From Clostridia bacterium (GTDB lineage: Bacteria; Bacillota; Clostridia; Peptostreptococcales; JAAYPU01), in assembly GCA_016278615.1 (NCBI GenBank), contig JADQBM010000013.1, positions 2,607 through 66,606 on the forward strand: 64,000 nucleotides of DNA, read 5' to 3'. Numbering within the stretch: position 1 is the first letter of the stretch; the number at the start of each line of letters is the position of its first letter. A program made the translations under genes and the position numbers. This document shows positions 1-7,953 of this stretch, in pieces. The notes under the pieces were generated by a model. That model did no database searches. It saw only the letters and a list, made by a program, of their open reading frames with translations, and was not told the origin of the DNA.

Positions 1-475
1 TGCTACACAAATCAATGTAATGTTCTAATGAATTAAGATATACGCCTCCCTCTAGAATCCTAAATTCATCATAATGTTCATGCATTTTAATGACCCATTT
101 TTCATAACTTCTATGGTTCTTTAATAGATTTACATTAGCGTGTTGAGGCACTAATAAATCTTGAATAATATGACATGCTGCACCTAAATAGAACATTGCA
201 TTTTTGTAATTATCAAGGCCATATTCGTGTAACGCTTTGGAATAATAAGACTTACATTCATTTTTTGCATTACTATTACCGTATAATCCTTTGTCCGTGT
301 ATGGGTTATAAAAATGGTTGCTACTTTTTAAGTCCTGATCCGCCCAGACAACTCCTTGATTTATATCTTCTATATATGAATTCATAAGATTGTAAGCTTC
401 ATTCCGCCCATCATTTTTCAATATAATTAACGATTGATTATTTACATATTGATGCACCTTACACTCGGCTTTCAT
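1..475 (-). CDS. zinc-dependent phospholipase C family protein (partial; 3' end lies beyond window start)
   Basis: Not in the supplied ORF track. Manual minus-strand translation from ATG 475..473 stays open to base 1: MKAECKVHQYVNNQSLIILKNDGRNEAYNLMNSYIEDINQGVVWADQDLKSSNHFYNPYTDKG...YLGAACHIIQDLLVPQHANV. The W-x-D, HFYNP and LGxxxHxxxDxxxPxH blocks resemble the metal-ligand blocks of Zn_dep_PLPC proteins. Confidence 0.55.
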   Translation of the reverse strand, partial: MKAECKVHQYVNNQSLIILKNDGRNEAYNLMNSYIEDINQGVVWADQDLKSSNHFYNPYTDKGLYGNSNAKNECKSYYSKALHEYGLDNYKNAMFYLGAACHIIQDLLVPQHANVNLLKNHRSYEKWVIKMHEHYDEFRILEGGVYLNSLEHYIDLCS

Positions 476-613
476 GATTCTTCTTTTAACTGGATTTATA
501 GCTCTTATTACATTACTTAATAAAAACGAGAATGATCTCTCTATGGTATTCATAATTACCATCCCTATCAGTATTTCGACTTATAAAGATATTCTATACA
601 GGATTTATAACGA

Positions 614-1207
614 TTATCCATCTACAAAATATTTAGGAGTAGCTGTAAAAAGAATTTTATTATAAAGAAATAACTGATTGTATTTTTTAAGTAGTTCTGT
701 GTAAAAATACTTTCTAAAAATACCAAGATATTCATGTTCATTTCTTATATAATTCCCTCTATCAAGAAAAGTCATAAAATGATTGTTTATGTAGGACCTT
801 TCAAAAAGACAGGGTTCAATTATAATAATTTTACCACTGTCATTAATCACCCTATGGAGCTCTTTGATATAATCCGTCATGTTTTCTGATGATATATGAT
901 GCAAAACAGATATTATCAAAACATAATCAAATAAATTATCATCAACTGGTATCTTGTTTTCTTTAATGATATTAAACTTATAATCTGGATATAACCGTTT
1001 AGCATAATCTATTCTCCTGCTATCACAATCTATCCCTATATAGCTGGAAGAATTAAGCATAAAACAACAAGATCCTATTCCACATCCAAAGTCTAAGACT
1101 GTTTTATTATTGAAGTTAAAATTAGAACAAAGAATATTTCCAATACATGAATTAAAAAACCATTTAGGTCGTGCAAACCAGTGATATACCTTTGGCGATA
1201 ATTCCAT
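614..1207 (-). CDS. class I SAM-dependent methyltransferase (small-molecule type, Methyltransf_11/25-like)
   Basis: 197 aa. SAM motif I VLDFGCGIG, then acidic loop GIDCD and IIIEP post-motif. No DNA-methyltransferase motifs (no DPPY/NPPY, no PC-ENV). Confidence 0.75.
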   Translation of the reverse strand: MELSPKVYHWFARPKWFFNSCIGNILCSNFNFNNKTVLDFGCGIGSCCFMLNSSSYIGIDCDSRRIDYAKRLYPDYKFNIIKENKIPVDDNLFDYVLIISVLHHISSENMTDYIKELHRVINDSGKIIIIEPCLFERSYINNHFMTFLDRGNYIRNEHEYLGIFRKYFYTELLKKYNQLFLYNKILFTATPKYFVDG

Positions 1208-1318
1208 TAATCTCTGTTCTCCTTTTTCTATATGAATTTACTCAAGTTTAATATTCCCTCATAATAATTGAATTATAAATGGGAATTAAAGATAACTTAT
1301 CATTATTGTTTAAAGATG

Positions 1319-1340
1319 CCTGGCATGAATTTATGCCAGG
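1319..1340. terminator. perfect 8-bp stem hairpin CCTGGCAT-gaattt-ATGCCAGG between adh and the methyltransferase gene
   Basis: Read directly. A T-run follows about 12 nt later on the plus strand. Weak as a classical intrinsic terminator. Confidence 0.35.
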
Positions 1341-1578
1341 CATCTCTATTACTTTTTTTTACTTGTTTTATTCTGTTTCAATCCTTCGTTAGTCATTTAA
1401 AACCCACTTCGCCTACGTTACTAATTTTGGTGACTCCTCACTCCATCCACAACTACCAAAAGCGCACTAAATTAACGTTTTTGAGGCTTTCTTAAATCCA
1501 ATTTTTTCACTTTATTCTTAGGATACCTTCTATAGTATCCACTGCATTCATATTTATATTAACTGCCGTTCAACGCTT

Positions 1579-2724
1579 TTATAATACTGCCAAATATTCT
1601 TTCTTCCCCATAAAACGTGGATTGCTGTCTGTTGAAAGATTGGCAACAGACATTTCTGACAACTTCTCAAGGTCTTCTTCTCTTACGCCCAATTCTGAAA
1701 ACTTCGGAAGCTTCAAATCAGATACAATCTGCTTTACCATTTCAACTGCTTCCTCTGCAGCCTTGATATCACATTCTTCCTTAGAACCCATAGCTCTCGC
1801 TATTCTCGCATATCTATCTGTTGCATCTTTAAGACTGTAGGCCATGACATGAGGCAAGAGAATGGAGTTGCATACACCATGTGGTGCATCATATATGCCT
1901 CCCAATGCTTCAGCCATGCAGTGAACGGATGCAACATCTGAGTGACTAAAAGCGATTCCTGCTAGTGTACTACCCATTTGCATGGCAGCTCTTGCCTGTA
2001 CGTTCATACCATTATTAAATGCTTCCCGTATGTTTTCTGCTATCAGTTCTATGGCATATAATGCGCAAGCATCAGCGATTGGCTCAGACACTTTAGCTGA
2101 ATAGGCTTCAATAGCATGGGTCAATGCATCTACACCCGTAGATGCGGTGATGCTTGGAGGAAGTGATACCGTCAGCTCTGGGTCTAATAGTGCGACTTTA
2201 GGTGCTATGTATTCACTTTTCATTGTCAATTTAAAGTTCTTTTTCGAGTCCGTAATAACAGATGAAAAAGTAACTTCACTACCGGTTCCTGCGGTTGTAG
2301 GAATTGTAATAAAAGGTTGAACAGGGCCCTTCACTTTATTTTTACCCATATAATCAAGTGCCTTGCCCCCATAACTGATGATAGCAGAAGCGGCCTTGGC
2401 TGTATCAATTGGACTTCCACCTCCAAGTGCAATGATACCGTCTGTATGATTCTTCAGAGCTGTTTCAGCAGCCTTATCCACATTATAGTCTTTAGGATTC
2501 GCCTCAATTTCATCAAAAACAAAATAATCAAAATGATCAGCCTCTAAAAGAGCAGTCACCTTTTGTAGCAGACCCGACTCAACGATTCCTTTGTCTGTGA
2601 TGATTAAAGGTTTCGTTATCCCATACTCTTTCAATACACAAGTCAGATTCTTTATGATCCCAATACCATAGTCGATTCTGGTAGGGAAAATGAATGAGAA
2701 ATTGTTCATTAAGTTTGTATTCAT
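1579..2724 (-). CDS. iron-containing (group III) alcohol dehydrogenase
   Basis: 381 aa. GGGSPIDTAK dinucleotide-binding motif and His-rich metal site (THAIEAYS, HSDVASVHCMAEALG, PHG). Strong RBS AAGGAGGAACACC upstream of the ATG. Confidence 0.9.
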   Translation of the reverse strand: MNTNLMNNFSFIFPTRIDYGIGIIKNLTCVLKEYGITKPLIITDKGIVESGLLQKVTALLEADHFDYFVFDEIEANPKDYNVDKAAETALKNHTDGIIALGGGSPIDTAKAASAIISYGGKALDYMGKNKVKGPVQPFITIPTTAGTGSEVTFSSVITDSKKNFKLTMKSEYIAPKVALLDPELTVSLPPSITASTGVDALTHAIEAYSAKVSEPIADACALYAIELIAENIREAFNNGMNVQARAAMQMGSTLAGIAFSHSDVASVHCMAEALGGIYDAPHGVCNSILLPHVMAYSLKDATDRYARIARAMGSKEECDIKAAEEAVEMVKQIVSDLKLPKFSELGVREEDLEKLSEMSVANLSTDSNPRFMGKKEYLAVL

Positions 2725-2768
2725 GGTGTTCCTCCTTATAGATGATGCGTTATGGATTTATCTCATTA

Positions 2769-2817
2769 AACAGCTCTAAGACTCTCACCTCTATAGGTGG
2801 CGAAATCAAGAGCTGTT
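2769..2817 (-). other. nested stem-loop (AACAGCTCT...AGAGCTGTT enclosing CACCT-atag-AGGTG) in the adh 5' region, 3' of the membrane-protein gene
   Basis: 9-bp outer stem and 5-bp inner stem read directly. Could be a terminator for 2887..3285 or a leader structure for adh. Confidence 0.3.
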
Positions 2818-2886
2818 AAATTCGAAATTTGTTCGTCTTGCCATCAGTAAAGAATCCGAAACTCCCACTGATGTGGCTCGCTTCAT

Positions 2887-3285
2887 TTAATCTTGAATCT
2901 GGAATATATTATAAATGCACAACATGAGAATTAATATATGTGGAATAGAATATCCCCAATGTGCAATAAAATCACTGGGGGGAGTTCCATCTGATATGCC
3001 ATACCCATGAAATTCAAACCATAAGACTATTGGAAGTATCTGGATGACCATAATTAAAAGAATTAAGAATATCTTTACCATTTTAATAAGTCTGCTATCT
3101 TTTATCTGCCCAATCCCTATCAAAAGAACACCTAATAAAATAGATAACAAACCCCAGTATCCCACTTCAACTTCAGTTGGTCCATACATTCCTAAGATGT
3201 ACGTTAAGCCTATTAAAATATTACCAATCCCAATAATAATTGTGATAATCTTCAATCCTTTCTCTATGCCTCTTAATTTGTCCAT
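2887..3285 (-). CDS. small integral membrane protein (about 4 TM segments), unknown function
   Basis: 132 aa, dominated by hydrophobic helices (IITIIIGIGNILIGLTYILG, LLSILLGVLLIGIG, IFLILLIMVIQILPIVLWF, IPHILILMLCIYNIF). Sits upstream of the CPBP protease gene on the same strand. Confidence 0.6.
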   Translation of the reverse strand: MDKLRGIEKGLKIITIIIGIGNILIGLTYILGMYGPTEVEVGYWGLLSILLGVLLIGIGQIKDSRLIKMVKIFLILLIMVIQILPIVLWFEFHGYGISDGTPPSDFIAHWGYSIPHILILMLCIYNIFQIQD

Positions 3286-3420
3286 TACTAAGTTCTCCTT
3301 TTAAATTGGGGATGGTTTGAAGTGACCCCAACGTCCCCCCAACGTCCCTGGATAATAAGCTTGTTCTTTAGTTTATATGTGTCAATATTGCTCTGTCCTC
3401 AAACGTCACATATGAAGTGG

Positions 3421-4170
3421 TCAACAATTAAATAATCCCCATATAACATGCCAAACTATGTCTGCCCAAAAATGAATACCAATTGCAGCTAAAAGTCCAA
3501 ATTTTCTGAAATAACAAGCAGCAAATATTGATAGCAGACTATTCAAAATAAGAATCTCAGTCATAAGAGCAATAGGAATCTCATTAATTGTATTAAAATC
3601 ATAAAAAATCATTATAGCTGGGAAGTGTCCCGCAGTAAATACAATGGCTGATAAAACAGTAATAGCGTAAAAAATCTGGTTTTGCCATTTCTTTTTCATT
3701 ATTACATAAGAAATAAGCCATATCCAAAATGAAATAAAAAACAAACGAAAAATTATCTCTTCTCCAATCCCAGCTGCTGCTGAAGCTACCAGAGAAGTAG
3801 GAAACGGTGGATGCGGAAGCGGGCTCAGTGTATGGAATTGGCTTAATATGACATCTGTAATAATAAAAATAATCCCAAGACCAATCCCAATAAATGCAGG
3901 AATAAAAAACCTTTGATTATTAGAAACTTTAGAATCCCAAATATCTGTAAATCCGAGTTTTTTTGAAAGATTTAATCCTATAAGCCCTAATCCTCCATAA
4001 AAAACAAGCATAATTGCTGCATTCACAATAGCCAGTATTGGCTTAGAAGCTGGAAGTTCTTGCATTGGTAAAAAGGCACCTTGTGGTAATAAGACATTAA
4101 TAGCTGATATAACAGAAAGAGATACAATAAGCCCTATGTAAATTTTTAATGATATGGACATCCTTTTCAT
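3421..4170 (-). CDS. CPBP family intramembrane glutamic endopeptidase (CAAX protease / Abi-like)
   Basis: 249 aa polytopic protein with the three CPBP motifs: EEIIFR (EExxxR), FTAGH (FxxxH) and HFWAD (HxxxD/N). Confidence 0.8.
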   Translation of the reverse strand: MKRMSISLKIYIGLIVSLSVISAINVLLPQGAFLPMQELPASKPILAIVNAAIMLVFYGGLGLIGLNLSKKLGFTDIWDSKVSNNQRFFIPAFIGIGLGIIFIITDVILSQFHTLSPLPHPPFPTSLVASAAAGIGEEIIFRLFFISFWIWLISYVIMKKKWQNQIFYAITVLSAIVFTAGHFPAIMIFYDFNTINEIPIALMTEILILNSLLSIFAACYFRKFGLLAAIGIHFWADIVWHVIWGLFNC

Positions 4171-4264
4171 AATCTCATTATCCCCCCTCGAAGTTCATTG
4201 GGGACATGCCAGTTTTTGCACATCCTTTCATCGGAGTCATACCAGTTTTTTTACTAACTTCTTC

Positions 4265-4390
4265 ATTTATTGTACATAAACCGGCACGTTTACACTTAAT
4301 TTTTACTGATGGAATAAATTATGCTAAGCAAATCACCTACAACTAATCCCTAATTAATCGTGCAAAATTAGGCATGTCTCCATTAGCCTT
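4265..4390. repeat. 126-bp direct repeat, copy 1 (123/126 identical to 6408..6533)
   Basis: Aligned by eye: atttattgtacaTaaaccggcacgtttacacttaatttttactgatggaataaattatgctaagcaaatcacctacaactaatccctaattaatcgtgcaaaattaggcatgtcTcCattagcctt. Confidence 0.9.
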
Positions 4391-4763
4391 TTTTTTTTTA
4401 GTTAATACTACAGGCTGTTTTCGGACAGTCTGCCGTCCCCATTTGTCACCAAAACCGATATTCAATAACTTTTCCCGCATTGTTAACCCCTCTTATATGA
4501 ATCTTGGATATACCTGATTCACTTAGTCCGAAAGATATACTTATTGGTTTATTACTTTCATTGGAAATTCTTTATCCCAAAATATTAAATGCCTTTTTAA
4601 CTTGTTAACTTTTTTCGTTCGTTTTCCAGCATCCAGTTCTTGTTTATATCATAGTTTGTCAATTTGTCAAGTCTGACCCCATTTATTCTACTTCGTATAA
4701 TTCACTTAGGATAATATGACGCCCATTGCGTTGGAAAAACTCGTCGCTTTATTTTGAAGTTAA

Positions 4764-5861
4764 TCAATCGCCACGCAAGATTGAGCGAATTATTGAATTA
4801 GCTTCCTTAATCTCAGTACTATCATATAGATTGTCAATTCTAGTTTCTATAGTGCTAAATATCGGCAAGATAATATTTGTAATTTTGTTTTCGTACTCTT
4901 TGATCGTTGTTTCCAGCATCTCAGAAAGTAGTTGATATTCATTGCTATTAAGAAAAATCATAATATAATTTCTGAAATATGATAAGCGAATCGAGTTTAC
5001 TATTTCATAATTTCCTTCATCATTTACGGTAAAGTTACACATTGACAAAATTTGAGTATGTAATAGGCACAAAAGCAATCCCTTAATTATATCCAAACTT
5101 TTGTCCACTGGCGGGTCGTCTCCCAAACGAGAAAAAATATATGAATACGCTACCGAATCACAAAAGCATTCTTCTAACATATTTCCGTTGATCCGGATTT
5201 TATCTATAGATTCTGTCAATAACGAAATATAATCTTTGTCTTTGAATTTACGGGAATACTTAGAATAGACTTCTTCCAACACTTCATTTATCTCAATAAT
5301 AGCACTGTCACGCTCTTTTTGGTATTGTTTAAGGCGAAATAGCCAATGGCCAACTTCATGAGCCAAAATATAGTCTACTTGGATATCAATCCACCTATTA
5401 TTTTCATTTGTTGCCAGCAAATCTTTGCACTGAAAGTCATCTAACGCATTTGCATTTATTGCTGTATAAAAGGCGACCAACATATCTTTTGCAAGATATG
5501 TTTCTTCAGAAAACAATTGATATGAGAATTTCCATAAATCAGGCTCTGTATTTTTCTGATAAAGAAATACGGCATTAAACATTTTTAAGTGCTGAGCCAA
5601 GTATTTGTCATATAGTAAGTAATATTTTGTTTTACTATTCTGTTTAGCTGGAATCATGAGACTATACTTCTGATAAGAGCAAGAAATAATCAAGCTAATT
5701 TCCGGGGCATTTTTAAAGATAACAGATTCTATGATTTCATCAAACTTATCATACAAAGCCTGGTTTACATATTGCTTATCCGTATCGGGCAAAACCTTAC
5801 GTTGCTGTGCAATAAACTGCATTACGAAATTATCAAGCTCGTTCAACTTCTTCTCCCTCAT
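4764..5861 (-). CDS. HExxH (zincin-like) putative metallopeptidase, family not recognised
   Basis: 365 aa. Single HEVGH motif (ILAHEVGHWLF). A downstream acidic segment, NMLEECFCDSVAYSY, is a candidate third ligand. Overlaps the upstream ORF by 29 nt. Confidence 0.55.
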   Translation of the reverse strand: MREKKLNELDNFVMQFIAQQRKVLPDTDKQYVNQALYDKFDEIIESVIFKNAPEISLIISCSYQKYSLMIPAKQNSKTKYYLLYDKYLAQHLKMFNAVFLYQKNTEPDLWKFSYQLFSEETYLAKDMLVAFYTAINANALDDFQCKDLLATNENNRWIDIQVDYILAHEVGHWLFRLKQYQKERDSAIIEINEVLEEVYSKYSRKFKDKDYISLLTESIDKIRINGNMLEECFCDSVAYSYIFSRLGDDPPVDKSLDIIKGLLLCLLHTQILSMCNFTVNDEGNYEIVNSIRLSYFRNYIMIFLNSNEYQLLSEMLETTIKEYENKITNIILPIFSTIETRIDNLYDSTEIKEANSIIRSILRGD

Positions 5862-6174
5862 TTTCTTTTGGGCGTTCTAACAATTGGTTCAATATTACGA
5901 GCGCATTGTCCTCCGTTAGGCCCTTAATTTCTACATCCCCAACCTTAATATCTACTTTCCGTCTATTCTTTATCATTTCAGATAAGACAAGTGCTACCCC
6001 GGTGGCAATAGTAGGAGTTAAGGCTATGCCTAGCTGGAGAATTTCACTGGCTCCTGAAAAGGATTTAGGTTCAATAACGCCAGTAGACATATCACTTATT
6101 TCACTAAGGCGTTCTGCATACTGTCTGTCTTCTGAGTTCATTTCGAATGTTATTAACAATTTTTTCACATCCAT
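5833..6174 (-). CDS. EACC1-like (effector-associated constant component) small protein
   Basis: 113 aa. N-terminal strand-helix LITFEMNSEDRQYAERLSEIS, Gly/Ala/Thr-rich hydrophobic hairpin GASEILQLGIALTPTIATGVALVLSEMI, basic KNRRK, and a C-terminal beta-rich VDIKVGDVEIKGLTEDNALVILNQLLE. The architecture matches my memory of EACC1 and has not been checked against an HMM. Confidence 0.45.
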   Translation of the reverse strand: MDVKKLLITFEMNSEDRQYAERLSEISDMSTGVIEPKSFSGASEILQLGIALTPTIATGVALVLSEMIKNRRKVDIKVGDVEIKGLTEDNALVILNQLLERPKENEGEEVERA

Positions 6175-6407
6175 TCATAAGCATTAATTTACCATTACAC
6201 CCCTTAGAACTAACTTCTTTCGTTTGCCACACTCATGATAATCCTTGACTCTTCTATTCTCACACGCATGGCATGTATTATTATCTATGCATCTACCATT
6301 GTTTCTGTAATAAAAAAGCAAATCCTTCTAATCTCAAGGCCGTTTATATTTTTTAAATACATAAATATTGATAATACATCGTGCCAATCGAAACGTCCCC
6401 TTGGCTT

Positions 6408-6533
6408 ATTTATTGTACAGAAACCGGCACGTTTACACTTAATTTTTACTGATGGAATAAATTATGCTAAGCAAATCACCTACAACTAATCCCTAATTAA
6501 TCGTGCAAAATTAGGCATGTCCCTATTAGCCTT
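6408..6533. repeat. 126-bp direct repeat, copy 2
   Basis: See copy 1. Lies 235 nt upstream of the EACC1-like gene. Copy 1 lies 95 nt upstream of the CPBP gene. Confidence 0.9.
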
Positions 6534-6601
6534 CCAGTGCAAAATTAGGCATGCCCCTATTAGCCTTCCATTAGCCTTCCATAGCCTTCCATAGCCTTCC
6601 A
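6503..6601. repeat. nested tandem array: 2 x 34 bp (gtgcaaaattaggcatgYccctattagccttcca), then 11 + 10 + 10 bp (t)tagccttcca units
   Basis: Read directly: 6503-6536, 6537-6570, 6571-6581, 6582-6591, 6592-6601. Confidence 0.9.
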
Positions 6602-6733
6602 TATAAATTAACCGTACCTAAACTGTGTACCGAAATGGGGTCACTTCAACGTCCCCTTGGCTTCTTTACATTCATATTTTCTCAGATTTTGCAAGTTCGC
6701 TGTTCTACGATGTGGGAAGGTCCTCAATTCAGA

Positions 6734-6753
6734 GAGTGCCACGGATGGCACTC
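6734..6753. repeat. GC-rich palindrome GAGTGCCA-cgga-TGGCACTC, 16 nt 3' of the 145-aa gene
   Basis: Perfect 8-bp stem. Shares the core GCCACGGATGGC with 7954..7973. Confidence 0.85.
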
Positions 6754-6768
6754 CCCCCAGAAGAATAT

Positions 6769-7206
6769 TTATTTTTTATCTTTTACAATCATCTTTTCAA
6801 CCGTTTCTAACCCGCCATCACGCCAACCTTTGAATGTATATACTCTTTTGGTAATACTTCTTCCTGAACCATTCATACCTAGTGAAGTACCTTCTTCCTT
6901 AAGAGTAAGACCGATTCCACCTTCTCCGCTTTTATCATAGAATTCTTCAATAATAACTTCTTCGGCAGTATCAATCCTTCGGGCAATTGATATTTCCTGA
7001 GCAACCCTTGCCTGTGCTTCTAACATTTTGAGTGATATTTCTTGTCTTAATGCTTCCTCTTTCATCTCTTCAAGGCTTCCGTTGTTTGACACCGTATTTG
7101 ATTTATTTATAATCTTCTCTGTGGTATCAACAACTATCCAAGTGAGAGGGCTAGTTAATCTTAATATCTCTCTTGAAACTCCTAATATTTGATTCATATC
7201 TGCCAT
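6769..7206 (-). CDS. hypothetical 145-aa protein with a central coiled-coil-like segment
   Basis: Strong RBS GGGGAGGATTAACT before the ATG. Central EEMKEEALRQEISLKMLEAQARVAQEISIARRI, Gly-rich C-terminal part. No family recognised. Confidence 0.65.
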   Translation of the reverse strand: MADMNQILGVSREILRLTSPLTWIVVDTTEKIINKSNTVSNNGSLEEMKEEALRQEISLKMLEAQARVAQEISIARRIDTAEEVIIEEFYDKSGEGGIGLTLKEEGTSLGMNGSGRSITKRVYTFKGWRDGGLETVEKMIVKDKK

Positions 7207-7251
7207 AGTTAATCCTCCCCAATATAATGCTTTAATTATTTCTGATTGGTT

Positions 7252-7923
7252 TCAATAATAAATTGCAAAATAAAAAACATCTTTCTCATTTCCTAAAAAA
7301 TAACAGTTTAGCTCTTGGTCTGCTTCTCCAATTAAATTAACAGGTAGTGGTTTATATGCACTGCTAAAATTATAGACTAAGTCGGTGGTATATGTAGGAA
7401 CTGTCATCTTTCTTAAGAATGGAAAGTAACAAAGTTTCCGTTCACTCGCTAATGGTTTGCTTCCGCTACCTTCACCTAATTGAATCAATTGTGGAAATCG
7501 TTCAACACAGTTAAACCACCCGATAATGAAAGCTCTTTTACCTTTTTTTCCCTCACCTATTTCTTGCAATAACCAATCAAAATCTTCTTGATATACAATC
7601 CAGTTCTTGCTCGCAGAGCTTGTTCCAGATGCACTTCTCCAATTTTTAAGGTATTTGACTTCTATCTTAAAATCTTTTGATTCTATATCAATATCATGGT
7701 TAACTTTGCTTTTTGTTCTATTGCCACTATCTCCAACCGTATAATGAGCCATCTGCTTAAATGGATAGCCGACACGAACACATATATCCATTTCGTTAAA
7801 TTTCTCATCTGCAATTTTCTTCAGCTGATTCCTTTCCAAATCACGATATTGCTCATTAAATTCATCAATAATAAAAAGGCAAGTGGATAATAGGTATTGA
7901 TCAATCGTTGGATTTAATCCCAT
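7252..7923 (-). CDS. PD-(D/E)xK (restriction-endonuclease-fold)-like protein
   Basis: 223 aa counted from MGLNPTIDQY. Candidate catalytic strand pair HDIDIESKDFKIEVKYLK (D...E-x-K). RBS GGAGTGGG 8 nt upstream of ATG 7923. The longer track ORF (to 8028) would read through the 7954..7973 palindrome and lacks an RBS. Confidence 0.5.
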   Translation of the reverse strand: MGLNPTIDQYLLSTCLFIIDEFNEQYRDLERNQLKKIADEKFNEMDICVRVGYPFKQMAHYTVGDSGNRTKSKVNHDIDIESKDFKIEVKYLKNWRSASGTSSASKNWIVYQEDFDWLLQEIGEGKKGKRAFIIGWFNCVERFPQLIQLGEGSGSKPLASERKLCYFPFLRKMTVPTYTTDLVYNFSSAYKPLPVNLIGEADQELNCYFLGNEKDVFYFAIYY

Positions 7924-7953
7924 GAAAATCCCACTCCATTCTTTTATATAATT

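Noticed and set aside
614-1207. Methyltransferase as the modification partner of the PD-(D/E)xK-like protein
   Set aside because: It is 6 kb away and separated by unrelated genes. Its motifs are of the small-molecule class I SAM methyltransferase type, with no DNA methyltransferase target-recognition or catalytic motifs.
6235-6940. Plus-strand ORFs 6235..6489, 6625..6810 and 6635..6940
   Set aside because: They lie in repeat-rich spacer or antisense to the 145-aa gene, have no RBS and have low-complexity composition. The shared C-terminal peptide of 6235..6489 and of the 45-aa ORF at about 4208-4345 is explained by the 126-bp DNA repeat.
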